64,000 nucleotides of DNA from Tubiluchus corallicola (taxonomy: Eukaryota; Animalia; Priapulida), in assembly GCA_030141605.1 (NCBI GenBank), contig JAQGDQ010000995.1, positions 7,690 to 71,689 on the forward strand, in the 5' to 3' direction. A model generated the notes under the pieces. That model saw only the letters and a list, made by a program, of their open reading frames with translations, did no database searches and was not told the origin of the DNA. Below are positions 26,301 to 40,954 of this stretch, in pieces. Every line of letters begins with the position of its first letter. Within the stretch, counting starts at the first letter, position 1. The translations under genes and the position numbers were made by a program.

Positions 26301-28162
26301 TATTAATAATAATAATTTTTATTAAATAGAATATACAAGTACAAATAGCGAGGAACACAAACTAGCTCTGAGACTCTGGATCATCTGCCCTTGTCTTCCC
26401 TGAGTTGCCAGCATCAACTCCTTTTGTTTAATATCATCATGCGCACAGAATCAGATCTATAATCACGACGTATCGTATAAGTAGGTCAGACATAAGCTGG
26501 TCATAGAGTGATGCCTCCTTGGTTTCTTGGCTTCTCGGCTGAGGCAATAATTTAGTGTTTAATCATCAATTTCATATGCATTCGCTTTACTAGTATTTAG
26601 ATATAAGAAAACTATTTTGCATTACTGTTGGGTAATATTGATGGCCGGTAATACAACTTGCTTTTCATTTTACTAAAAGTTTTTTAACATGCACACGAAT
26701 TGTATTTTAGTGACGTCACTTATGTAGCAGTAAGTAACATGCCTTTTAATGGCCTAACTTATTATATCTACCCTGAAATATATAACGTTATTATAATTTT
26801 ATTGGTTAATAAATTACATACTTACATACATATTTGCGCATTCTTTATTCATATAAAGGCAAATAGACACAGGAAATTGTGGGCTCATTCAATGACTACT
26901 CGGTGATTACTGATTAGGCAATTTTATATGTGGTGACGTTTACGTGCCTCGAGTAAATTTTTTGGTTATAGTCCAAAAGTTTTGATGAACTGCAGCATCA
27001 TTGGGCAGTAGATTACTTGTTTCTACATCAAGTACAGAAAACACACTACATCAGAGAGCAAATCTTTGGGGTCCTCATACTGCTCTATGTAAATTTACGT
27101 GGTATGTTTTATAACTTAGTCTATGTAATATTGAAATTCACTCGTGCAGCTGCTGTAATATGCAGCCATACATTACCTAAGAACAAAAACTGCATGGAAA
27201 ATGAACAACTGGAAGCACCTATCCACTTAGAAAACTCGAAATTCAAGTACAAATGTTGACACGCGCAAAAAGTAGTATGTTGAATAGAGTATATATTCTC
27301 TTTTATCAATTATAATTTGTTAAATCATCAAAGAGCTTTAATTTCAAGTGTTTATGTGTAGTGTACGGAACACTTGCTAACCGTGTTGTACAAGACATGT
27401 AAGACGCATCAATTATCAATTGTATAAAACCATTATGTAAATTTAATTCACTCATTCATGTAGTTCTATAACAATACACAGTACTTTGATTTTTATCAAG
27501 ATATCAAACGTGATTTGCTGCTTTTGTTTAAGACTGTTGAGCCTGTTTAGTTTCATACATACATACAACTTTAATACAGGAAATCTGCACAGTTGACAAA
27601 ATAATTCATGAGTCTGATGTTTATTTTAGCTTAGTTATGAGTAAACATTTCTCGGTTACAGAGTTGCTTATTCGCTCTTGCGAATTCTCTGTACTTGACG
27701 TTTCCTGAAAAACGGATTTACTGCTGAGCCAAATAACTAGTCATGATTGATAAATCTACCTCAAATATCGCGCGTCAACTTTTGCAATATCGCGCAGCTT
27801 GTTGTTCGTTATAACAGCCTTAATGCGTCTTCTATTTGCGCTTAAGTTTTACTTGGTATATGATATGGGAAACTAGCCACATGTTTACGGTTGCATTTTA
27901 ATTCTTTTGCGTACCCTCAGTTTGACCTGTTTATCAGGGAGTGTGAGCACTATTTGTCCGGGTTTGAATAAATGTGTGAAACTGACTCAGAACGGTGGTA
28001 ATTACGGAAAACATAATAGTTTCTGCAGCTTCAAACTTTTGCACATAACATTAGATTATCATATACATGTTTTGTTTTTCAAAGTTCGGAATAGTTTATT
28101 AATGTGAGCGTTACATTACCCAAACAAGATTGGTAAACAAACTGCCGAGTGAACAATAATAG

Positions 28163-29141
28163 ATGGCTACCATGTTTCGTATAAGACATTGTAAATTTTT
28201 ATTCACTCCAGGGAATTTTTATTGTATTATTAAATTCGTGTCAGCGATAGTTGCAATTAGAGCAGCCATTTTCTGTCTAAATGTTGACTGGAATCCAATA
28301 AAACCTTTAGCACCTTACAATTCTGATTAAATCTTATTATTACAATATGGCGGAACAACATTTGACAATAGATCACTTGTTGATCACATAAGAAATCATT
28401 GGTTGATTGGACCTCCTGCAGAACCTTCATCTCGTGTTGTGACAGATACATCTATGCACAACATGTCATCTGTGGTTGATAAATTGCTAAATAAACTGAA
28501 AGGTGGATTTTTTGTTGAATGTGGCGCAGCTGATGGAAGACAATCTAATTCTCTTTTATTTGAAAGAAATCGCGGCTGGACTGGTCTTCTAATTGAACCA
28601 AACCCAAAATTATTCAAAAAATTGTTGAAAAAAAAGCGCAATGCATATTTCATAAACGCTTGTCTAAGTCCAAATAAAAAGTCAGATAAACTGAGTTTTA
28701 CAGCAGCTGGTTTAGTTGGGGGCTTGTCAAACCCGATGGATCCAAATCGAGATAAACGAATCAAGAGATGGTTTAGAGGTTTTGCAGAAATAGAAACTGT
28801 TCAATGTTTCCCACTTTACTCTATAATGCTAGCACTTGGTAAAAACCACATTGACTACTTCTCTTTGGACATCGAAGGTGATGAGCTTTTAATATTAGAA
28901 ACTATACCTTTTGATGAACTTACCATAGATATATTGACAATAGAGTACGCTTCATCGACTGAGACTGACCGAGACATAAAATGGACCTTGAAAAGATTAA
29001 GCAGCCTTCGAAATTTTATGAAAAAAAACAGGATTTTATGAGGAAGTGGCAATCTTACCACCTGGTGATGAGAAACACGATGGACATGATTTAATATTTC
29101 TGCGTAAAGATGCTATGAGTAAACTGCGGAAAGACATATGA
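28163..29141 (+). pseudogene. FkbM/Methyltransf_21 (Star-like) type II membrane methyltransferase, single coding exon, disrupted
   Basis: GGFFVECGAADGRQSNSLLFERNRGWTGLLIEPNP, VQCFPLYSIMLALGKNHIDYFSLDIEGDELLILETIPF. ATG 28163 is followed by a hydrophobic anchor; in-frame TAA at 28328-28330; an extra A in the run 29021-29028 shifts away the natural C-terminus TGFYEEVAILP..GHDLIFLRKD (stop 29139-29141). Confidence 0.88.
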
Positions 29142-29189
29142 TAGCTGGGTTTATTATTTTTTGGTTTTGTCATCATTTTATTCAGTTTT

Positions 29190-30118
29190 CATCACTATTA
29201 TTCCCATCATCACTATCGCCATCATGTTTTCGTCGGCCTGTAGTAGCTATAAAATCCTTAACTTGATCATGTTTAACATTGACATCTTCATCATCAATAC
29301 AATGGTCATGTTTCAATATTTGTCTACTTCAAAAAGGCAAGAATTTCTGTACTATAAATCTTATTTAAATAAGTAGGACTACTATACTTGTATAATTGTT
29401 CAGCGTACTCAATTGTTAAGCTTCATACATCTGACACAATGCATAGTGTTGCAGGTACAAATAGTTTGGTCCATTACCCCTTCCCAAGGTAGTATATGCA
29501 TTGGAAGCCACAATATGTTAGACTGTAGTTCAACAAGCTAGACTCCTTTTTTTAACTCTGACATTGCATAGGTGGGACTTGTTATGTACACACGTCTCTG
29601 TTACTTTTAAAGTTTGACTTATAATTATACTGCTAAATTTTACTGACATTCTGGCTTTTTCTCGACTCAATATTGGACCAACAATGTATGTATGCATTTT
29701 AGCTTTTTAGTGTAACGTAGTAATCTGTAGCACTTATTTTCTAGCACTTATTTCAGTAGTTTTGTAGATGTAGTAATTGTAGACTACAGAAAATTTGTAT
29801 TTTGCAGAATAAACTAACGTGCATATTTACATAGTTTCTATTCAGCTGTCATCACTATTATAGCCATCATCACTATCATCATCGCCATGATCGTCGCCCT
29901 GTAGCACCAGGAAAATCATTAACCTGGTCATGCACATCATTGACATCTTGATCATCAACACAATGGCCATGTTGCGATATTTAGCTACTTCAAAAAAGGG
30001 AAAAATTTCTGTACTATAAGTCTTACTTAAATAAGTAGGCCTGCAGAAGGAGATACTTGTGTACATGTACAGCGTATTCAAATCTTAAGCTTCATACAAA
30101 AGATACAATGCATAGTTT
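29190..30118 (+). repeat. Diverged ~270-bp direct duplication (29190-29450 vs 29850-30118)
   Basis: Shared blocks catcactatta..cattgacatctt..ctacttcaaaaa..aatttctgtactataa..taagcttcataca..acaatgcatagt. Confidence 0.85.
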
Positions 30119-30394
30119 CCACGGCACATTTCACACAAACGACTCATGAGGAATTTGCAGCGTGACTTTCCTCTTAAGAAATTCTTCTGCCAGTTAGAAA
30201 CAACCTATGCGTCTTCTCTCTCTGAAAAAATTGCTCCTTAACAGAAATGCTGCATCTTCCCATTTTTCTTTAAAATTTTATTGTTTATTTACTTCTGAAG
30301 GTATTTCAAGAACTGCGTTCTTCATTCGAAGAGTACACTGTAAAGAATTTTTCTCGACGATTTTTGCCGTGTTCTCGGTGTGGAGGAGGCCTTA

Positions 30395-30560
30395 GTGTGA
30401 CAGCAAACATTTTGCAAATACATGAGACTTGTATGGGAATTACGCTGACATACAGCAGGAATAGCAATGGTACAAGCATTATTCCTTGTGGCACTCCACT
30501 GACGATCATCTGACAAAAAGTTAAACAATCCAAGCATGTATATAACAACGTGTGCAATAT
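30395..30560 (-). mobile_element. CR1-like reverse transcriptase fragment
   Basis: VSGVPQGIMLVPLLFLLYV..CKMFA corresponds to the SGVPQGSVLGPLLFL..FADD motifs. Confidence 0.75.
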
Positions 30561-32449
30561 TTCAAAAAAAATCAATGCATAAACCTTGTGTGTGACCACG
30601 GTCCAGAAATTAACACCAGCATAACTGTTCTGTATGGGGCGAGATTCAGAACTGGTGAGGTACAACGTGACGCCGGAGTTTGTTGTAATTCTCATGGTTC
30701 AAGTGGCAAGGTGTGAGAACATAGGTTACGTATTAAGTCTTTTTATTGTAATTCAGGCTGGGTAGTAAAGGAGAGGCACTGAGATGGCAAGGAAGATGAC
30801 TAAGCATCTTATATTCAAATTTATATATTAAATTTATTTATATTACTCGCCAATAATATAAATAAATTTAAGAAATTTTTGAAAAAAATTAACTTGGAAT
30901 TTTACTCGAAAAAGTGTGACATGATAAATTGAATAACATGCCAATATGTTTTATCATAATTATATACTTCAACTACACTAATTAATAGTTCATCTTTTTA
31001 CCTGCACTTTTGATTTACTTGCTCATATTTGTGCGTTTTTAATGTACTAAGTGCGTATTCTGTATTTTTAGTTGTAATTTTACATTATACACGTAGTCAC
31101 TTATTTTATGTTTTTAATGGACATATAAGTCACTTTGTCTTCTGGTAATTATCAATGTGGTCTGTCTATTATAAATAATAAATGTTCATAAATAAATAAT
31201 AAATAAAAATAGGTGTATCATATAGCTTGCACTCGCCTTATCTGTGGGAAAGTGTGATACTAATGTTAGTAACCATTTTCTCTGTGACCCCAATATTGCT
31301 GATCACTGAAATACTAAAAATTGAGAAATGACATAGATGACTAGCATTTATTTACATATTATGATCAAACAACCCAAAATTTAATAGTATAATAATCGTC
31401 TACGATACGTTAATCTGAAAGAATCAATACCAGCAATAACCAAACTTACATGACGAAAACAAAAAGTACATAGAAATAAATAAAAATACCAATGAAATAC
31501 CGATGAAAGATGTCATTACGTACAAAGTTCTAGTTAACAAATATCAATGAAAGCTGGTTAGGATGGTCCGCAAATAGAAATCAATGAACAATTAGTATTC
31601 AAGCGTCACGAGGAACTTGCAAAACCTTTAAGAAAATATCAGAAAGACCTAAGACTCAATCAGCCAATCAGTAATGACTTGAAGCCAATAAACCCAACTA
31701 CTAAAATGTACGTAAAACTATTTTAGGAGGCGGCAACAAAAAATGTTAAGGACCGTGTCAGTAGTAAAGTTCCATATTTTCAATGTAGCAGGGCCCTGTG
31801 TTTGGCAAAATGAGGAAGAGAGAGGAATGTAGAGAAGACATAGATGGTTAAACTGAAGTTAAGTCGATGTTAAAGACCATTTCTGAAAAGATAGACTGAA
31901 ATCACAATTAGCAGCAGCATGCAATTTCCGATATGAAGAAAAAGATAATCGAAATTCCATCCAATCAGCATGGCATTTTTGACAGACTAGATAGATAATG
32001 TAGTTTGTGAACAACTGAGTGTCGAAAATACAGCAAGGAGAAAACAGTTTCTGTGCTAGAAATTTAAAGGTTAAACAAGATGACTTTGGCCAAAATGAGA
32101 GGTGACTGCCTAGTATTCACTGGATTGTCGTCACTTAGAATGAGGATACGACAAATATTGTGGAGAAAATTGTCTTTCATGCAGCGCAAAGGCACACGCC
32201 CAATCTTCTCTGTCGCGGGTATGCGTCTCGCCGAGGTCACCTTTTTTCGAGCTGAAACCGCTGGAACTTAATATTCGGGCTTTCCTTCGTCTCGTACGTG
32301 TGTTGAAAAAAAATCGTGCTACTTTTGTGCGCGATGAAAAAGTTTTGCCGTAGCGGTGCGCGAACCCGGGGTCCCCCATCAAAGTACGGGCGTGTCAGCA
32401 GACGAACGCAATTTATTAAGGATAGTCAATAGTTTTAACTTTTCGTACG

Positions 32450-32640
32450 CTTAGTAGATGCATTGAATACGTGTTTATATGGTAATTCTCACAGTAATTA
32501 AGCTTGTTTCTCGATTTTTCACACTTTGTGCCTTGCAAAACTCATTCAACTAGTCAGAATGCAATGTTTTAATTCAGTTAATGTCTGTAATTTTTTGAAT
32601 GCATAATTGAACGTGTATAAACTACTTTTCACAAGTCTCT
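32450..32640 (+). repeat. Dispersed repeat, copy 1 (homolog at 56795-56995)
   Basis: Shared gatttttcacactttgtgccttgc and ttttaattcagt..tgtctgtaatttttt..aatgcataat. Confidence 0.8.
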
Positions 32641-32642
32641 GG

Positions 32643-33200
32643 TGTTATGCACTGTCGCTTGCCTTTTTCCACAAACAACCTTGATTAATTATTCAATTAA
32701 TCGAATAAATCATTCACACTCCTGAATGCTTAAAGACAATTGATTTTTGGCATTCGTTCAATTGCCCGACTCCGAGAGTTGATAGGGCTATGATAATCTT
32801 CCACACAACTGAAACCACGAAATATTGCGTTGTGAGTATAGATCTTTGTCTCTCGAGTTATCAAGCTGGCTCCCACAATAAGCCTTACAGTGTGAATATA
32901 TCAAGTTCGTTCAAGGATTTAGTGTCTTAACGAATGTGTGCCTTAAGTAACTCTTTGAACATTAAAGCAACTCGATATTTAATATAAATGATGAAAGTTT
33001 TATTATAACCAAGTTTACAATTTAGATCAGTGTTATACGTTACTTTACAAAGCTTTAGTCATGCGCTGGTGGGCGCTTACAATTAAACGGTTAATTCCGA
33101 AGAGATAATTCTGATCATGAAATACGTCACAAGTTGCAATGTTTGCACTTATGGTGCCAAAGTTACTAAGTTATTACACTGTTGTCAATCAAATTTAGAA
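32643..33200. mobile_element. Truncated LTR-like repeat related to 5948-7308
   Basis: Starts TGTTAT; shares cgactccgag, ttgcgttgtgagt..agatcttt, tcaaggat.tagtgt and taattcc.aagagata blocks in the same order. Confidence 0.65.
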
Positions 33201-33689
33201 TGGGAAATTAATTAGAAATTAATTGGAATAATTAAATTATAAGATTTCGGAGATAGTATGCTCCTCCTTGGTCGGATAGCGAAGACCGTACAATTTGATT
33301 ATAATTGACTCACTCAGCTTGTACCTTGAATTTAATGAGTTCAGGTATCAGAGGTTGGTGAACGGGAAAAGTGGAAGATTAAACAAATGCCGACTAGTTA
33401 AAAGAGTGCTGCAGACCCGGGCCTTTCACCCCCAAGAGAATGAGTACAGGGGAGCCACGGGGAAATTACGAGGCTACCGGCGGTCCGTTTCCGCCGACTG
33501 GAACTTAAGATATGTGGAGACAGGCGGCAGTAGTGTAAATAATGGAAGATTGTCAAAATTGTATAACAGTGATACGTGTAATTATGTGAGTAATTTGAAG
33601 CTAATGCAAAACATGAATGAGCGAGCGTAAAGAAAACTGTCAGGTTACGAGGGCGAAACAAAAGGACTGGGATGCCATAGGGGCGTTTC

Positions 33690-35200
33690 AAGCCATGGAG
33701 TAATACTGGTCTTGATCATTTTGGTCCTGTCTTGGTGAAAGGAAAAAAGTCCCCGTCGAAAATGTGGGTTTGCTTATGCACCTGCTTTACTCTAAGAGCG
33801 ATTCACAAGGAGCTGGTATATGATTGTTCATCGCATGAATTTCTTTGTGCTTTTAGTTGATATGTTGCAAGAAGAGGCCTCCCAGAACGTGTCATATCTG
33901 ACAACGTGAGCCAATTTAAGTTGTCAAATTTATTTTTTCAAAGATTGTTGGAATCCATTCCTTCAGATCCAGATGTAAGTACTTATATGTCTGACAAACA
34001 GATAGAGTGGAAATTCATTGCTCAGTTGTCGCCATGGCAAGGTGGAATCAATGAGTGAATGGTCGGAGTTTTGAAGAATAGTCTCCGCAAGGCACTGGGG
34101 CGACAACTGTTTTGTTTTCTTCTCAACTCAGTACTGTATTATGTGATGTAGAAGCAGTGATTAACACTCGCCCTATAACATATCTTTCTGAACACTGTGA
34201 TGATTACAAACCCTTAACTACAGGAGATTTTTTAACTTCAGGCCAGCAAGTTTTGACAGTTTCTGGTAGCCAAGGAGAGGTAAGGATTTCCACAATCAAC
34301 AGCGGCGTTTTCTTAATGACTTTATTGAAAGACGGAAGAGTGGGTATTTGTCTATGCTGAGAGAACGAGCTTCTGGATATCATCCTAGCAAAAAAATACG
34401 TGTGGAAAGAACCCCAAAGGTTGGAGAGATAGTATTGGTTCGTGAAGACGTATTTCTCGGTGCAACTGCAAACACTTAAATTACTGTGGTGATAATGAAA
34501 TCTGATCTGCACGGGTTCTGACGGCAAATACGTAAACTCACTCCTCCTATTTCACTACTGTATCCACTAGATGTACAACCTCATACTGGAGATGGATCTA
34601 AGGAAGACCAATCTTCTAGTGAATATAATGACGAGGACGTTACCCAATTTGAAGGGAAATCTAAACCTCGAGTCACTCGTAAAGCTGCACATAAATTCCG
34701 TCAGAACTTAAAAGAGATGATTTCACCACGAGTGATACAATAATTACCGTTTTGAAAAAAAGTTAGTTTTCTTGAACTTGTACTTTAAATATTCTCTTTG
34801 TAGGGCTTTTTGTTCATCTTTTGTATAGAACTGTTGAATTTTATGACATATATTTTCATATATATTTAAATTTGTTTTTCTCCGCCTGGAGTGTCATCAA
34901 GTAAGACCAGAAACGTTTTTTTTTGCGTAGTTCAAGTTTCCGCTTGTTGATGAAAGTTTTATTACTTGTAAGGAAAAAAGTTGTCTTCATGCAGGCAATA
35001 TGAATCCAGAAATAACAAAATCAGTAAAACGTTGATTTTTGATCAAATTAGTTTTTTTAACCAGAATATTGTTACATAATCATCATGTAGTTTACAGAAG
35101 CATCACTCATTGTAAATTATTTCCTTTTCCTTCTGGCAGTGCACTTGTTTTTCCTAAGATAGCTATTTTCCGGTTTTCCACTCGCCCGTCAAGGCACAAT
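33690..35200 (+). mobile_element. BEL/Pao integrase plus DUF5641-like region, followed by probable 3-prime LTR
   Basis: PWSNTGLDHFGP..WVCLCTCFTLRAIHKELV..ARRGLPERVISDN..SPWQGGINE..EAVINTRPITY..PLTTGDFL; ccgcctggag|TGT at ~34892 resembles the BEL PPT/LTR boundary. The LTR end is uncertain. Confidence 0.88.
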
Positions 35201-35403
35201 ATGTGCTCAGGGGTTTGCTCCTCATTTCCAATTGTACGTAGTGTGCTGTCTGCAAGGCTGTATAGGTACATATTCTCCTAAAAATGTTCTTGTCCAATTA
35301 AACGTAGAACGAAATTACGATTGGATCTAAATTACCCTCCTTTATGCTTAGCGGAATCTGAATTCTGAATTCCAAGCCCATTGTTTGCCTGACTTTAGCA
35401 ATA

Positions 35404-36524
35404 CTATAATTTCTGCCACTGCTGAAATCGAAGTTCTTCAGTGAAGAACCTCTCTGTTTTCAACATCTCGATACAGAAGTTAGGGGCTCCTCTTCGAAGT
35501 TTGTATGTGCATATGGCTGAGGTTGAAGGCTTGAAGCGCGGGTCAAGAACACGTGAATTTTCTGCTGAATGAATATGAAGCCTTAAAATTTCTAAATCTT
35601 TTGACATTTTATCACTGCCATAGTTTTTCACCTTTTTATTAAAATCACTTAAAATTGTTCTGTAGAATAATGTATCCCATTCACTCCATCGCTCCACTAT
35701 GCGATTTTGCCAGTTTGAGAGCATTGTCTTCTTTGACGGTTTTCGCACGTTTGTTTTAAACACTATAACATCTTTCCAATCCCAACAAAGTAGGTTTTTC
35801 AGAAGAACTAGCGACTCGTCAAATCTCTCAGCTATCATTATTAAATCAAACTTATTTAGTATTTTTATGAGTTTCTGTGCTGCAGATGTGTTGTTATAAT
35901 TGGTTCTCTGTAATCCAAACATTCGAAGCAGACAATTGCGTAAATTATAAGTGTTTTTGCATGAGTACCACGTGCAGAGTAATTCAGTGGACATTGTAAA
36001 AACGTTGTTATGTTAACACCAAAATAGTTCTCATAACCACCATAGCTATAAAAAGATTCCAACCATGAGGCAGGATGACGTAAAATTGATAAAAACTTTG
36101 CTTTTGGCATTAGCGTCTTCACTTTGTCTATATGTAGTATTGTATGGTGACAGAACACATTGTAGACATTTCTTGGATGAGGGATAAGCATCCTTTTGCC
36201 AAATTCTTTATTTAAATCAATGAGGTTTCCCTTACGAGGAAGTGCAAAGGACATATTGTTATATTTACCATATCTCATGAATATGTTTTGAAGAGCGCTG
36301 CTTGCACATTTAGGAGTTTTAAAAAAGAAGAGATCATGGACTGGTTTGCAAATTGATAACGAGACTGAGGATGACGTCGATGATGAAGATTTGTCTCTTC
36401 TATAAATCCTGCAGCAAGGTACTAATGTAAATAAATCAAACACTAAGAAGCTCAACTTTTATTCCCCGCCTTCACTATTATAGCACTACATGTCTTTTCC
36501 CCGAATACTGCAATATTGGCGCCA
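35404..36524 (-). pseudogene. GAL3ST: Galactose-3-O-sulfotransferase family gene, single coding exon, frameshifted
   Basis: FFKTPKCASSALQNIFMRYG..FALP, ILRHPASWLESFYSY, FDLIMIAERFDESLVLLKNLLCWDWKDV. A 1-bp deletion at ~35955 splits ORFs 35865..36455 and 35404..35994; the paralogous copies keep aaagaac here. Confidence 0.9.
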
Positions 36525-36929
36525 TGCAATTGTGCGATATGTTCTTTCTTTGCTTTCGTGGCAGAAGTTATTTAATTAAAACTGAATACAAGACACACAG
36601 CACTAAATTTACTATGAAAAAATAAACAACGGCCAAATACGTACGTAAGTCAATGTGTATAATTAAGGAACCTAGGACACAGGTTTTTCTTACACGAATC
36701 TTTTTAGGTTGTGTAGTTTGCAAGCGTAAACTGGGCAAGTCACAGCTAAGAGTTGAACAAATTTGGATAACATGCTGAAGTGAGAGCACTGATTAGATTA
36801 GATTAGATTCTTTATTTCGAGTGAGTCGAAAGTCATAGTGGTCTTGAAGCGCAATCTTAATAACAGAACTAACAACACAGCTATGGTAGAAAATAGCGCC
36901 TTTTAATCTGGCTGGTGTGTTTAACTGAA

Positions 36930-37790
36930 TGCGTTATTTTGCTGGCAAATAGATATTTGTGTAGTTTGGTTAGCAATTTTAGTCATTTTTGTTATCTGTT
37001 TGTATTTTATCAGTAACTATATTGATAGTCATTCATTTGAAATCACAGCCTCCCAATTTGCAGCAGAGATTTGATGATTTAATGTTGGCCAATCTGCATA
37101 ATTATAATCATATACCTTTGAAAACATAACGTACTGGAATTTTGACGCAAATTTTACCAAAAATGGGATCATGATCGCATGTAAATATTTGTAAAGCACA
37201 CCATAGTTAGTAAATAATCAAAGTGAGTTTGTGATTATCAAATGCAGTACAGACTTTGACGTACTATTTACTCGAGAGTGATTGGTAATTAAATGGAACA
37301 ATTGATTTTGTACAATGAGATCATTTAAGTTACGGCCCATTGGATATTCATTTAACTCTGTCTGGCCCCCGACCTTGCATTTGGCATTAAAGTTGCCAAC
37401 AAAGACAATGCTATAAGGGTGCTTGGGTTAAGAGGCTAATAGGTTATTATAAGAATCATCTAATTCTTCAATAAATCGGTATTCACCTGCTGCACCCTGG
37501 GATAGGGATCTATAACAAATGTACATATAGAGTGTGTTAACCTTTAAACTAATTTCGAACCACGTGAATTCAAACAGGTTCTGTGGCAACAACCCAGTCC
37601 ATGTTTTAAAATGCATGTGATAGGCCGCATAAAATGCTACTCCACCATTTCTGTCCCGATCTTTTCTCACTGAACCTTGGAATCCGGAAAGATAACGTCA
37701 TTTGCTATGAACCGGTCAAGAGTCAACATTTGAATTAAAAAACACAATAATGTAGCAATGAATGGACAGTTCCGTTTTCGCAATTATATT
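36930..37790 (-). mobile_element. LINE apurinic endonuclease fragment (copy 1)
   Basis: RKDRDRNGGVAFY..YICYRS..IVFVGNFNAK..DHDPIF are EN domain motifs. Confidence 0.8.
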
Positions 37791-39489
37791 AAATATATGA
37801 AAATACCGCTAACCTCACGTATCACAATTCACTAACTTACTTGCCATATCGAAAGTCTTTTTTTCTTTATCAACCACCTTATAGTCCTATAGGCCAAAAT
37901 ATATAAGAATAATTATGAGCAAGTTCTCTGATTCTTTTTTCCAAACGTTTAAAAAACAAATTTCGCAAACTTTCTTTGCAGTAATATTTTTTGAGATTAT
38001 ACGACTTGCTAATTTTTGAATAACGTGCTGAATTTACCTTTCATAGTCATCGTGTCTGTTGACAAATTGTTGTTGTAAATAATTTTTGTAGCGAAACACA
38101 TAATCAGTTGTTGACGCGTTGTAAACAAATATATAAAGTACTTTTACACAAGTATAACTTGAAAGTATAAAAACAAGAATTTAATGGCGGCCGTTTTCCT
38201 TGCCATACTGAAAATATTATACTTTTTGGCATTGGCTACAAAGCGGCATTCGTTATATGGATTTCGTCGATTCTTAATGTATTTTAATTTTTATGCATGT
38301 GCATCTTGCATATTATTAAATACAAGTGTTTTTACAATTGCAGTACTAGTTTCTAGACAGAAAAATGGATAAATTAGATTTAGTATAAATATTTTCCTGA
38401 TAATTTTGTGCTGGAATATAAAAGTCCATAATATAGTAAACATTTGTTTTTATAAAAAATTTAAAAAGCTAAATTTCACGAATTTTGATATATTTTTATT
38501 GTGTCATTAAACTTAATAATATGTTACTTATTCGACTGGTTTCAGTTGATTTTATAGATAAAAAGCCTGTTTTTCATCCATCACACCACAAAAGAATCCA
38601 TGCTATTTAGGTAGTGTCCCCGTAGAGTCTGCTACACTCAGCTACTGTCTGTTTCCTTTAGTGGGCAGTTGGTTAGTGCCCCTAGCTTGGCCAAGGAATT
38701 GATCAAACTTAGCAGCGACTAACATTAATTGGCCCCTAAGGTCCGCCCCTGTGTGCACGGGCCATTTCAGTTTGTGACAGCAGCGTTGTGACTGATTTAA
38801 TAAGTTTTCTGCTCTGTGCGTTTATTTCAAAAATTTAAGTTTAAAACAAAGACCTTGGAAACAAAATTTAGCACTCGCACAAGAAAGTAGGTGCGAGAAA
38901 CTAGGTCACTTTACACTGATGTTCCAGTTCTATAACATTGCGCTGAACGTATAACAGGTTTAGTTGTTATAACTTTGCGCAGTACGAAATTTTTGCTGCG
39001 CTTTAATGTACTTTGTTCTTGTGGCTTCCATAGCAAAATCTTCTTGAATTACAGTTATTGAAGCCAAGTTTTGTGCAGAATTCGCTGTCGCGAATTACAC
39101 AATTTGAATAATTCGCACAGTTGATACTGCTTGGCAAAAGTTGAATAATAAATGTGTTCACACACACAGTATTATAATACTACATTAATAAACATGGAAG
39201 ACGAAGACATTATTTATACAAGAGAACAAATGGACGGTTTACCAATGTCCAAGCTTCGAGAAATAGGTAGATCATTGGGTGTGATAAAATGTCGTTAACC
39301 AATGAAAAGAAAACAACCCACGTATTATTCAGGAAAACTACGATAAAGTATTTATTCCCATGAACATTTAATGAACATATGTTAAAATTAGATTATAATA
39401 TAATTAGCATACACCTTTCGGCACACGCTACGTCAAAAGGTGGTCTTCGGGTACCTGTGGCCCTTCTAACCCGAACCATCACACATGTG

Positions 39490-39985
39490 ATTCTGCCAAT
39501 TTGAGAGCATTGTCTTCTTAGACTGTTTTCGCATGTTTGTTTTAAACACTTACATCTTTCCAAACCCAACAAAGTAGGTTTTTCAGAAGAACTCGTCAAA
39601 TCGTTCAGTTATCATTATTAAATCAATCTTATTCTGTATTTCCTTTATGAGTTTCAGAGCTGCACCAGTGTTATTATAATCTGTTCTCTGTAGTCTAAAC
39701 AATTTCAAGCATAGCAGTGTGTAATTTATAAATGTTCTTTGCACGAGTACCACGTGCAGAGTAATACAATTGATTTCGTAAAGATTAAAACCAAAATAGT
39801 TCTCATAACCACCATAGCTATAAAAATATTCCAACCATGAGGTAGGCTGACGTAAAATTGATAAAAAATTGCTTTGGGCCGTAGCGTCTTCGGCTTGTCT
39901 ATATGTAGTATTGCATGGTGGCAGAACACATTGTAGACATTCCTTGGATGAGGGATAAGCATTCTTTTGCCAAATTCTTTATTTA
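39490..39985 (-). pseudogene. GAL3ST: GAL3ST fragment, copy 2
   Basis: MLIPHPRNVYNVFCHHAILHIDK..YSYGGYENYFG..DLIMITERFDE, colinear with 35700-36210; several frameshifts, truncated at both ends. Confidence 0.9.
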
Positions 39986-40059
39986 CACTGAGCCAAAAAG
40001 AATTTAAACACTTTCATTCAACTGCAATTTTATTAAAAAAAGTTTATTTACACTGAATG

Positions 40060-40900
40060 CGTTATTTCGCTGGCAAATAGATGTTTGTGTAGTTTGGTTA
40101 GTAATTTTAGTTATTTTTGTTATCTGTTTGTATTTTATCAGTAACTATATTGATAGTCATTCATTTGAAATCACAGCCTCCAAATTTGGAGCAGAGATTT
40201 GATGATTTAATGTTGGCCAATCTGCATAATTATAATCATATACCTTTGAAAACATGACGTACTGGAATTTTGACGCAAATTTTACCAAAAATGGGATCAT
40301 GATCGCATGTAAATATTTGTAAAGCACACCATAGTTAGTAAATAATCAAAGTGAGTTTGTGATTATCAAATGCAGTACAGACTTTGACGTACTATTTACT
40401 CGAGAGTGATTGGTAATTAAATGGAATAATTGATTTTGTACAATGAGATTATTTAAGTTGCGGCCAATTGGATATTCATTTACCTCTGCCTGGCCCTAAA
40501 CGTTGCATTTGGCATTAAAGTTGCCAACAATGACAATGCTTGGATTAACGGGTGCTTGGGTTAAGAGGCTAGTAGGTTATTATAAGATTCATCTAAAGCT
40601 TCAATAAATCAGTCTTTACCTGCTCCACCCTGGGATAGAGATCTATAACAAATGTACATATAGAATATGTTAACCTTTAAACTACTTTCGAAAAACGTAA
40701 ATTCAAACAGATTCTGTGGCAACAACCCAGTTAGTGTTTTAAAATGTATAAAATGCTATTACCATTTCTGTCTCGATCTTTTCTGACTGGACCTTGGAAT
40801 CCAGAAAGACAATGTCGTTTGCTATGAACCAGTCTAGAGTCTACATTTGAATTAAAAAGCACAATAATGTAGCAATGAATGGACAGTTCCGTTTTCGCAA
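40060..40900 (-). mobile_element. LINE endonuclease fragment (copy 2)
   Basis: Duplicate of 36930-37790. Confidence 0.8.
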
Positions 40901-40954
40901 TTGTATTAAATATGTAAAAATACCGCTAACCTCACGTATCACAATCCACTAACG

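Noticed and set aside
33340-33360. ggtatcagag resembling a tRNA-Met primer-binding site
   Set aside because: It lacks the leading TGG and does not abut a defined LTR end.
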